A stretch of 64,000 nucleotides of DNA from a virus, in the IMG/VR virus record IMGVR_UViG_3300040770_000357; one strand, 5' to 3'. Within the stretch, counting starts at the first letter, position 1. Each line of letters begins with the position of its first letter. The notes under the pieces are model-generated. The model had not been told where the DNA came from. It saw only the letters and a list, made by a program, of their open reading frames with translations, and did not search any database. The position numbers were made by a program, and so were the translations under genes. Of the stretch, positions 9,056-16,584 are shown in pieces.

Positions 9056-9164
9056 GGAAGTGTAGCTCAGTCGGTAGAGCAGATTGCCAATAATGGTTTG
9101 AAAGACCAACCTACGTAAAGTAGGTGTAACAGTCGGGTCGTTGGTTCGAACCCAACCATTTCCA
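9056..9164 (+). tRNA. Atypical tRNA with 43-nt anticodon loop (identity undetermined)
   Basis: Good acceptor, D and T arms; stem GATTG/CAGTC encloses two extra hairpins. Confidence 0.7.
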
Positions 9165-9201
9165 CTAAACCAGTGATTATTAAAAATCTTAAAAACCTAT
9201 T

Positions 9202-9693
9202 ATGAAAAAAGAGATAGTAGTAAAGTGTTACGATAAATTCAATCAGCTTTTAAAAGAGGATGATTACGTTGATGTTCAAAAAGATGGTGTACAGCAAATT
9301 TACAAAAAAGAAGATGGGCAACTCTACTTCAAACCTTATGGAGAAGAAGATAGAGTAAGTGCTTATTTCTCAAACGATATTTGTAAGTGTGATGAAGTTG
9401 GAAATTGGATAACTGATGACCGTTATGAAGATATAAAACAAGAAACACTTGAAGAATTTGCTGAAAGACTTTGCCCTAATAAGGAAGTTGAATATGATAT
9501 GATTATTGAGGGTGCTAAATGGCAACAAGCGAGAAGCTATAGTGAGAAAGATATGCTAGCAACATTTCATTACGGACATCAACTTGGTATGAACTCAGTA
9601 TTAGCAATACAATCTCAACATTCACCTCAACCAATTGATAAACCTAATTTAGAAGTTTTAAAAAAGGAATGGTTTGGACAATTTAAGAAGTAA
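9202..9693 (+). CDS. Hypothetical protein (ETLEE...GAKWQQ...WFxQFKK family)
   Basis: C-terminal motifs shared with 10005-10745. Confidence 0.7.
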   Translation: MKKEIVVKCYDKFNQLLKEDDYVDVQKDGVQQIYKKEDGQLYFKPYGEEDRVSAYFSNDICKCDEVGNWITDDRYEDIKQETLEEFAERLCPNKEVEYDMIIEGAKWQQARSYSEKDMLATFHYGHQLGMNSVLAIQSQHSPQPIDKPNLEVLKKEWFGQFKK

Positions 9694-9712
9694 CTAAGTT
9701 AATTATATTATT

Positions 9713-10000
9713 ATGGATGGAAGAACTCATAGATTTACAGATAGTAGTAATTTACAATGCATAAATGAAGGGTTTATGTCAGAATTATTAGGACATAAAG
9801 AAATTTGTTCGCCTAATATTTTAACAACAAAAGAAAACATTAGTGATATAATTAATCGTTTATCTTCAAAATCAACTGATTTTACTATTGAAAGTGTCAC
9901 TTATAATAACAAGTCAGTTGAGTTAGATATTACATCAGTATATATGGATTATGGGATGTATAATTTTACTAAATCGATACGTTACTCTAAAATTAAATAG
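9713..10000 (+). CDS. Hypothetical protein
   Basis: ORF in operon. Confidence 0.55.
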   Translation: MDGRTHRFTDSSNLQCINEGFMSELLGHKEICSPNILTTKENISDIINRLSSKSTDFTIESVTYNNKSVELDITSVYMDYGMYNFTKSIRYSKIK

Positions 10001-10004
10001 TGTT

Positions 10005-10745
10005 ATGAAAAACATATACATATTACCAACAGATAAACCAAGTAGAGTTTATAAACATTTAGGTAGAGAACTTAAATATACCGCAAGATATTTTGAACAA
10101 AAAGGATTTTTATGTGTAAACCAAAATATGTACATCACTTCTGATGAAGAAATTAAAGATGGTTGGGTTTGGCACTTAGGGAGAGGGCATTTACTTAAAG
10201 TAGGGCAGTTTACTGAAATCAATGGAAATAAGGGTTTTAGAGATACTGAATTCATATTGAATGGTATTGAAGTTTTAGTTAAAGACTGTAAAAAAGTTGT
10301 TTTAACAACAGACCAATCATTAGATGGTGTACAAGCTATACCAGATAATTTTTTAGAATGGTTTGTTAAGAATCCAAGTTGTGAGGAAGTTAAAGTTGAA
10401 TATGGGTGTTGTGGACAATGTGATGAAAGATTATGTGAGGTGTTTGATTTAGGTTTAAAACAAGGACTATACAAAATAATCATTCCAAAAGAAGAAACAC
10501 TTGAAGAAGCTATATCTAAAGAATTAGCAACTTTTAAACAAAGTATGGAACCTCATTTAATAAAACGTAATATAAATTTTATCCAAGGAGCAAACTTTGG
10601 TGCTAAATGGCAACAAGAAAGCAGTAAACAAGATTTGAAAGACTTATGGGATTATGTTAATGAAAGGTGTTTAAATCATTTAGACGATGAAGCTCCACAG
10701 TTAGGTACTTTCAACGAATGGTTTAACCAATTTAAAAAAAGATAA
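10005..10745 (+). CDS. Hypothetical phage protein (NIYILPTDKPSR family)
   Basis: ORF in operon; motifs shared with 9202-9693. Confidence 0.7.
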   Translation: MKNIYILPTDKPSRVYKHLGRELKYTARYFEQKGFLCVNQNMYITSDEEIKDGWVWHLGRGHLLKVGQFTEINGNKGFRDTEFILNGIEVLVKDCKKVVLTTDQSLDGVQAIPDNFLEWFVKNPSCEEVKVEYGCCGQCDERLCEVFDLGLKQGLYKIIIPKEETLEEAISKELATFKQSMEPHLIKRNINFIQGANFGAKWQQESSKQDLKDLWDYVNERCLNHLDDEAPQLGTFNEWFNQFKKR

Positions 10746-11036
10746 GTTATGGTGTTAAGGAATATACTTGGGGTTATTGTAATCCTAGCTTGTCTTAGTA
10801 GTTTTATAAGATTCGGTTATTCAATTTATCCATTTGTTATAATTAACCTACAGATAGTTATGTTAATCATTCAAAATAAATATGTTAAGCAATAACAGTG
10901 GGATTAAAAACATTATTTAGTGCAATTTGTATCATATTTGTATTAAAAAGAGTAATATAACGCACTTTAAAAAATAAATTAAAAATAATTGCAAAAAGAC
11001 TTGCTTTATTAAAATAAGTGTAGTATATTTGCAGAA

Positions 11037-11872
11037 GAAATAAAGGAAGTGAAAACTTAATTTAAAATAATAGGGTGCTTATACTCTATAGGATAAACTC
11101 AGCAATGAGGATAAAGCAGAAATGCGTTGGCGATTCCCAATCCACGTAAGCAAATTAAACACGGTTCATGTGTTAAACCTAAGAAACATCTGTTGGAAGG
11201 TTTGTGTGTGAATTATCTACCTTAGTTGAATTCTTTGGGTAGGTTGAGTATGAAAGTACAATAGAAACCCTCGCTGGTGAAGTTTAATAGAAATCGGTGA
11301 ATAACTGTAAAAAGGGAATAAGCTGAAATCATTCTGGATTCTTACGGATAAAGTGAAAACCTAAGTAAGAGAAATGAACATACTGTAAAAGGTATATCGA
11401 GGTGTCGTTGGATAATCTACCCAAAAAGTAGTACGCCATACAATCTGTGAACACATCTTGAATTGAGAGTTTAACGCTATCGGCTGCGTAAGCCAATTTT
11501 TTATTGAAAAAAAAAAGACAGCAAAAGTTTCACAGAACTTGATTTGAAAAATGAGTTATACTGTTGTAATATACAGTTGTGTTAGTAGGCCGCAAGCCAA
11601 ATACATAAAATAAAGTGAGTATTTCTAAGCCAACAGCCAGCCAGCTGCTAACCTCGCAAGGGGGTCGAAAGAAAATAGAGTTTATATAGAGTCGAGTAGT
11701 GATTGCAGAATCGTAAAATCTGTCTCATTGTTAACTATCCTTGGAAACATGGATGTGTGTTATAGGTGAAAACCTTAAAAATGTTAACTCTAATGCTGAA
11801 CACTCAAGCATATAGTAAAATAGGGAGTAGTATGTAAGCTACGGTAGAGGTTGAAGTCCTTGTATTCCCACT
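11037..11872 (+). ncRNA. Large ornate structured RNA, GOLLD-like candidate
   Basis: ~830 nt ORF-free tract after a promoter, many GNRA-capped hairpins, next to tRNA array; family assignment unverified. Confidence 0.65.
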
Positions 11873-11900
11873 AGAAAAAATAAATTAAAAATAAATGTAA

Positions 11901-11950
11901 AAAGACTTGCTTTATTAAAAAAGATGTAGTATATTTGCTAAAGAAATAAA
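11901..11950 (+). promoter_or_regulatory. Promoter of tRNA operon; near-duplicate of promoter at 10994-11043
   Basis: AAAGACTTGCTTTATTAAAA..AG.TGTAGTATATTTGC..AAGAAATAAA in both. Confidence 0.75.
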
Positions 11951-12028
11951 AAAATAAATAAAAATCTGTACTTTTAATAAAAAAGGTATATTTATATTAA
12001 ACGGATAGAATCCACAATAAAAGAAATT

Positions 12029-12130
12029 ATGAAAACAACAACCACATATCAAAAGAAACAGTATACGCAAGGCGGGCAACCGCAAGGCAAGCTGGGTATG
12101 TTAAGTTGTCAAGATTTAACCACGATATAA
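12029..12130 (+). CDS. Putative attenuator leader peptide MKTTTTYQKKQYTQGGQPQGKLGMLSCQDLTTI
   Basis: 33-codon ORF with A-rich initiation context between promoter and terminator; contains antiterminator strand. Confidence 0.7.
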   Translation: MKTTTTYQKKQYTQGGQPQGKLGMLSCQDLTTI

Positions 12131-12159
12131 TGTAGCGTAAAAACCTATATAAAAATCAG

Positions 12160-12195
12160 ACCCAGTTCAGAGTAAAATCTAAACTGGGTTTTTTT
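12160..12195 (+). terminator. Attenuator-type intrinsic terminator upstream of tRNA array
   Basis: ACCCAGTT...AACTGGGT + T run; alternative pairing with AGCTGGGT at 12090-12097. Confidence 0.8.
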
Positions 12196-12213
12196 ATGTT
12201 AAAAAATTAAATT

Positions 12214-12294
12214 GGGGTCCGCTAGAGTCGGAGAGCTAGGGCGGTCTGTAACACCGTTGCGAAAGCTGAATAGGTTCGAATCCTATGGTCCCCA
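12214..12294 (+). tRNA. tRNA-Tyr(GTA), atypical
   Basis: Loop CT-GTA-AC, long variable arm, T arm ATAGG/CCTAT; one T-T acceptor mismatch, short 8-9 linker. Confidence 0.75.
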
Positions 12295-12363
12295 CAGAGA
12301 AGAGACTGTTACTAATTCATAGGACACCAAGGTAAAGTACTGGAAGCGTAGAATTAGAAATCA

Positions 12364-12454
12364 CTAGATGTGAAGGCAATTGGAAGCCGACTCCACTTGG
12401 AATGGAGAAGTAGTGTTAAAACGCTCAATGCGAGTTCGAGTCTCGTCTTCTAGA
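12364..12454 (+). tRNA. tRNA-Pro(TGG) with unusually long variable arm
   Basis: C1-G72/A73, CTCCA-CTTGGAA-TGGAG, 22-nt variable region. Confidence 0.75.
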
Positions 12455-12461
12455 CAAAAAT

Positions 12462-12538
12462 GCGTCCCATAGCTTAAATGGTAAAGCGGCATCCATGAGG
12501 GGTGTATGGATTGGAGGTTCGAGCACTTCTGGGAGGCC
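12462..12538 (+). pseudogene. Degenerate tRNA-like sequence (G-1:C73, anticodon unassignable)
   Basis: Good D arm, mismatched T arm and anticodon loop. Confidence 0.5.
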
Positions 12539-12543
12539 AAATT

Positions 12544-12616
12544 CGGGGTATAGCTTATATGGTAAAGCACTGGCTCGCTGTCAGTTTAATGGTAGGTTCG
12601 AACACTCCTACCCCGA
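12544..12616 (+). pseudogene. Degenerate tRNA-like sequence (5-nt anticodon loop)
   Basis: Perfect acceptor CGGGGTA/TACCCCG, D arm, broken T arm. Confidence 0.5.
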
Positions 12617-12629
12617 CAAAAATTAAAAT

Positions 12630-12703
12630 GCTATATACGCATAAACGGTGGTGCACAACATTTGTAACGTTGAATAGACTCGGTTCGATTCCGAGATATA
12701 GCT
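12630..12703 (+). tRNA. tRNA-Thr(TGT)
   Basis: Full cloverleaf, C2-G71, loop TT-TGT-AA. Confidence 0.88.
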
Positions 12704-12725
12704 CTAAAATTAAATAATATAGATT

Positions 12726-12761
12726 ATGAAAAATATAAAGAACATAAAGAATAAACAGTAA
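12726..12761 (+). CDS. Putative micro-ORF MKNIKNIKNKQ
   Basis: A-rich start context, followed by hairpin and two tRNA-Lys genes. Confidence 0.35.
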   Translation: MKNIKNIKNKQ

Positions 12762-12796
12762 CTACCTTCAATGCGTTGAGGGATAGTAATAACTAT

Positions 12797-12868
12797 GGCT
12801 TCAAAACATTGCTGGCGATGTACTCGGCTTTTAACCGAGGAAAATGAGTTCGATTCTCATTGGGGCTA
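12797..12868 (+). tRNA. tRNA-Lys(TTT), copy 1
   Basis: CTCGG-CTTTTAA-CCGAG; T arm ATGAG/CTCAT; G-U rich acceptor. Confidence 0.82.
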
Positions 12869-12885
12869 CTAGATTATATTAAATT

Positions 12886-12960
12886 GCATCTATAGCCAAA
12901 ATGGAATAAGGCACCTAACTTTTAATTAGGGCTGTCTGGGTTCGAGCCCCAGTGGATGCA
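12886..12960 (+). tRNA. tRNA-Lys(TTT), copy 2
   Basis: CCTAA-CTTTTAA-TTAGG; full cloverleaf. Confidence 0.88.
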
Positions 12961-12979
12961 CAAAATATAATATATAAAA

Positions 12980-13055
12980 CTGGGTGTAGACTAATTGGTA
13001 AGTCGCCTACCTTGGACGTAGGACATTATTGCAGGTTCGAAGCCTGTCACCCAGA
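12980..13055 (+). tRNA. tRNA-Pro(TGG), copy 2
   Basis: CTGGGTG/CACCCAG, CCTAC-CTTGGAC-GTAGG. Confidence 0.9.
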
Positions 13056-13189
13056 CGAAATTAGTAACAATACAATGTGTCGAAAGCATTGGTTACATTG
13101 CGATTAGGAGCCACAATGGGAAGTACGAAAGGAGTAATTAACCAGACGTAAGGGTTCGGTATAGTGATTAACCTTCCTTAATTTTATTT

Positions 13190-13261
13190 GCAGAAGTAGC
13201 TCAATGGTAGAGCACTAGATTTCCAATCTGGGGGTTGCGAGTTCGAGCCTCGTCTTCTGCT
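13190..13261 (+). tRNA. tRNA-Gly(TCC)
   Basis: Canonical cloverleaf, U73. Confidence 0.92.
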
Positions 13262-13323
13262 CTGTGTTCAGTTTATTCGAATGTTCATGAAAAATGAACA
13301 ACCGAATATAATGAACAACATAC

Positions 13324-13396
13324 TGGAATATGATGCAACTGGTTAGCATACTACACTTTGACTGTAGCTATTAGGGTTCGAATCCCTATATTCCGA
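13324..13396 (+). tRNA. tRNA-Gln(TTG)
   Basis: CTACA-CTTTGAC-TGTAG; full cloverleaf. Confidence 0.88.
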
Positions 13397-13400
13397 CTGA

Positions 13401-13471
13401 GAGGTCAAAAGTGTTACGGTACACCCTCGGCATTTAGCTGGGTATTATAGGTTCGAATCCTATTTGGTCGC
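13401..13471 (+). pseudogene. Degenerate tRNA-like sequence (G-1:C73, loop CATTTAG)
   Basis: Good D and T arms, lacks U33, acceptor mismatch. Confidence 0.5.
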
Positions 13472-13539
13472 AAAATAAGTTACTTGAAATTTTGATAGTT
13501 TAAATTAATAATATATATTTGTAATCTAATACATATATT

Positions 13540-13842
13540 ATGGAATGTAGAAAAGAAGTTATAGTTGATGGTGTAAGGGTTTATGAAGATAAGATGAAAT
13601 ACGGTACGTTAGAAGAGGCCATTACTGCTTGTAAGGTTTTAAATTCGTATGATGATAGGGTACAAAAATTAGTCTCATATAAGTGTAAGGAATGTTTTAA
13701 GTTTCATATCGGAAGAAATGGTAGTTTGATTAAAGATAAAGATAAAACTAAAATGCAAATAAAACTTGCTGAGAAAAAGGTAAAAAAATCTTTTAGTGGT
13801 TTTAAGGTAGTTGGTTTTGTTGATTTAGATAGGATAAAGTAA
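13540..13842 (+). CDS. Hypothetical basic protein (YKCxxCxxFHIG)
   Basis: ORF after TATATTTG promoter. Confidence 0.7.
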   Translation: MECRKEVIVDGVRVYEDKMKYGTLEEAITACKVLNSYDDRVQKLVSYKCKECFKFHIGRNGSLIKDKDKTKMQIKLAEKKVKKSFSGFKVVGFVDLDRIK

Positions 13843-13917
13843 AAAAAAATTAAGTTTTTATTAGGTTATATATTTTATTATATTTACCTTTGTTAAATAA
13901 TCTTAAATTATAATAAA

Positions 13918-14307
13918 ATGATAGTAAATATTAATGATTTAGAATTCAATAACGAAAATTTAACTAAACATATTGAATCATTAAATTCACCACGTAATTT
14001 GAAAACAATTAAAAAACGTGAAGACATGTTAATGATTGATTGGTTAAATATTGATATGAATAGAATTAATTTTTCAATTATTGACAAAGAAATTCTTTTA
14101 AATTTTTTCCAATCAGAAAATTTAAATAATTTAAAAAATAAAGAATTTTTTAGTTTATTATTTAAAGCTGTCGAGCTAAAAAATGAAGAATTTTTATGGG
14201 TGTATTGTGTTGATATGAATAGAATAATTTCAAATGAATTTTATCTAATGAACACATACGATGAAAATTTAGAGTTATTATTTAAATATTATAGTAATAA
14301 ACAATAA
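13918..14307 (+). CDS. Hypothetical protein
   Basis: ORF after TACCTTTG promoter. Confidence 0.6.
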   Translation: MIVNINDLEFNNENLTKHIESLNSPRNLKTIKKREDMLMIDWLNIDMNRINFSIIDKEILLNFFQSENLNNLKNKEFFSLLFKAVELKNEEFLWVYCVDMNRIISNEFYLMNTYDENLELLFKYYSNKQ

Positions 14308-14314
14308 GAAAAAT

Positions 14315-14387
14315 TGTTGAGTAGATTAATTGGCAAACGTCCTACGCTATAGTAGGAAGATGTGGTGTTCAAATCCCACCTCAACAG
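14315..14387 (+). pseudogene. Gln-like tRNA body with 6-nt anticodon loop
   Basis: TGTTGAG/CTCAACA, G73; CCTAC-GCTATA-GTAGG. Confidence 0.55.
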
Positions 14388-14395
14388 CAAGATAA

Positions 14396-14455
14396 AGAAT
14401 GATTTCAGCAATTAACAAAAACAAACTTTTAATTTGAAACAAACATATCATTCTG
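14396..14455 (+). ncRNA. Small RNA presenting a Lys(UUU) anticodon stem-loop
   Basis: AGAATGAT/ATCATTCT closing stem, inner CAAA-CTTTTAA-TTTG. Confidence 0.45.
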
Positions 14456-14463
14456 TTCTTAAT

Positions 14464-14544
14464 GGGTTCATTGAGCAATTGGTTGGCTCGCTTGGTTGTA
14501 GCCCAAGTCTTAATCGCATGGGGGTTCGAATCCCTCTGGACCCA
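14464..14544 (+). tRNA. tRNA-Tyr(GTA), copy 2
   Basis: CTTGG-TTGTAGC-CCAAG, 12-nt variable region. Confidence 0.82.
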
Positions 14545-14612
14545 CTAGTTATAGTAAATTTTAGATTTTTGTCTAGTAATTGGCATTTTCAATGGGACAA
14601 TAAAAATCAAAC

Positions 14613-14693
14613 GGAGTTGCTTTGGGTGTGTGAACCCAGCCAGCGTTGAAGCTGGTGCCTTGTGCTGATTAGGTTAGAATCCTTTCGGCTCCA
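14613..14693 (+). pseudogene. Atypical tRNA-like sequence (Ser TGA-like 6-nt loop)
   Basis: Acceptor GGAGTTG/CGGCTCC, CCAGC-GTTGAA-GCTGG, T loop TTAGAAT. Confidence 0.5.
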
Positions 14694-14698
14694 CAAAC

Positions 14699-14769
14699 GC
14701 TCACTTAGTATAATGGTATTACTCTGGCTTTGTAACCCAGAAATAGCAGTTCGAATCTGCTAGAGAGCT
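14699..14769 (+). tRNA. tRNA-Thr(TGT), copy 2
   Basis: Cloverleaf, C2-G71, loop TT-TGT-AA. Confidence 0.8.
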
Positions 14770-15037
14770 CACTTGACTTTTTTGTACTTTATCGTATTTT
14801 TATATAAAACGATAAATAATGGAAAGTTATACTAGAATAGAGGTTATACAATTTATGAATAGGCAAGGTATTGTTTGTGGTAATGATGAAGATTATGATA
14901 AATACTATGACCAATGGTTTGAATATATTGACGATGATAAATATGTTTTAATCGATTAAGTTAATAAATAAACAAAACTATGAAAAACACGCTAAAAAAC
15001 TCTCTGTTTTAAGGACTAATTCCTTAACAACAGAAAA

Positions 15038-15811
15038 ATGAGTAAAAACACAAAACACAAGAATTATAAGAGTTATTTAAAACTCTTGACAGAACAGGAG
15101 AAGTTAGAGGTTATCCGAAGAAATTTAGGGTACCGAGAACTAGAACAACCAAGACACCACGGGTATGAAGCGTATTTGGTGCTTAGGGATGATATCGCAA
15201 ATAGAGATGATGCACATATCTATCAACATTTAATTGATAACTATGCTAGTGTTACTTGGGCTAAAGATGGAGTCTTTTATTATAAGAAAAGAGGTTGTCT
15301 CATTGATAACACACCTAAATTTAGACGTGTTGACGAAAATCATTATAATCGATTAGACCCAAGAATCTTAAAGCATTTCGTTCATGATAGGTTTAAAGAT
15401 GAGAGTACATGGTATGGTATTAAGAAATACTTTTATAGTTACGTACCATCATATTATTTCGTTATGAAAATTAGAAAAAGTTATCTAACTCATGAAAAAG
15501 TAATTGATAGTGAATTGGAAAGAGAAATTAGTTTCGTTTATGATAAACTATACCAACTAAGAGAAGTTACACCTGTATATAATAATTATGGGTATTCTAA
15601 GTACAAAGACAGGTTCAATCGAAGTGATAGGCAGTTCAATAAAATGGCGTTAAGGAAAAATATAACAATGGAGTATGCATTTGATGATTCTGACTTACCA
15701 GATTTTAATGATGATGATTGGACTGATTGGGTTCACTCAAGCAGTTGGTCCCATGACCCATACGAATTTAGATATAAGACGAGAAGCCAAGCTAAATGGT
15801 TGTGGTGGTAA
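15038..15811 (+). CDS. Hypothetical protein, paralog of 20675-21352
   Basis: Shared GY...VLRxDIxNRxDAxxYQ motif. Confidence 0.75.
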   Translation: MSKNTKHKNYKSYLKLLTEQEKLEVIRRNLGYRELEQPRHHGYEAYLVLRDDIANRDDAHIYQHLIDNYASVTWAKDGVFYYKKRGCLIDNTPKFRRVDENHYNRLDPRILKHFVHDRFKDESTWYGIKKYFYSYVPSYYFVMKIRKSYLTHEKVIDSELEREISFVYDKLYQLREVTPVYNNYGYSKYKDRFNRSDRQFNKMALRKNITMEYAFDDSDLPDFNDDDWTDWVHSSSWSHDPYEFRYKTRSQAKWLWW

Positions 15812-16014
15812 GATTAAATGTTCGTTATTATGTACAATATCGATTGAAATGCATTAAATAACGGACATTTAAATACTTTTGGTATACTTTGGTATATTTA
15901 TTTAAAAATTGTTGCACATAGCGAAGATAATGAGGCCGATTATCGTTCAGTTATACGATTCTGAACATAACCATTCCTTTATGGTGGAAAAATTTTATTT
16001 TTCCAAATTTGGTA

Positions 16015-16050
16015 TAATAACCCATCATTAATTTGGTGGGTTATTTTTTT
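16015..16050 (+). terminator. Intrinsic terminator
   Basis: AATAACCCA/TGGGTTATT + T run. Confidence 0.75.
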
Positions 16051-16088
16051 ATGTATATATTTGTCATCTAATAATAAAAAAATAAATT

Positions 16089-16535
16089 ATGGGAGCTCAC
16101 GCAAAAACATTTATCGGAATTTATTTGGAGATTAAGAGTGTGAAGTCAATTGTTGAACAAAAATTACATGTTCATCCAGTTACTGGTAAGATGATGAAAA
16201 CAAAATTCTGTCCAATTACAGGTGTTGAAGGTATTGTTAAGGTCCAAAACCTTGAAAGATATGTGAAACCACCGTTTGCTAACACTGATAAATTCAGAGA
16301 TATGTTTTTCACCCCAGCTTACGTTGGTAGTAGTGATACATCTATTACTATTAATATTTTTAATGGTAATAGACGGTTCAATTATACACTTGAGGAATGT
16401 GAGGATTATAGTTTAGATAAGATTAACCCACAAGAGGTTATTAAAAATTTCATTATTGAATATCGTGATGTGTTAGAGAAGTTTGATTCTGATTATTATA
16501 AAGTTTGTTATGGTGTTATTAATTATGCCCATTAA
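16089..16535 (+). CDS. Hypothetical protein
   Basis: ORF after TATATTTG promoter. Confidence 0.7.
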   Translation: MGAHAKTFIGIYLEIKSVKSIVEQKLHVHPVTGKMMKTKFCPITGVEGIVKVQNLERYVKPPFANTDKFRDMFFTPAYVGSSDTSITINIFNGNRRFNYTLEECEDYSLDKINPQEVIKNFIIEYRDVLEKFDSDYYKVCYGVINYAH

Positions 16536-16553
16536 AAATATAAATATAAAATG

Positions 16554-16584
16554 AAAAAAGCGAAGTGTTATACTTCGCTTTTTT
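16554..16584. terminator. Bidirectional terminator between convergent genes
   Basis: AAAAAAGCGAAGT/ACTTCGCTTTTTT. Confidence 0.8.

Noticed and set aside
14315-14387. Amber suppressor tRNA / stop-codon recoding
   Set aside because: Loop is 6 nt (GCTATA) without U33; genes in the window are intact under code 11 and several end in TAG.
12364-14649. ORF-track proteins 12364-12570, 12502-12717 and 14434-14649
   Set aside because: They overlap tRNA genes and have no protein-like features.
14613-14693. tRNA-Sec
   Set aside because: Loop reads TTGAA not TCA, acceptor is 7 bp, and no sel genes are seen.
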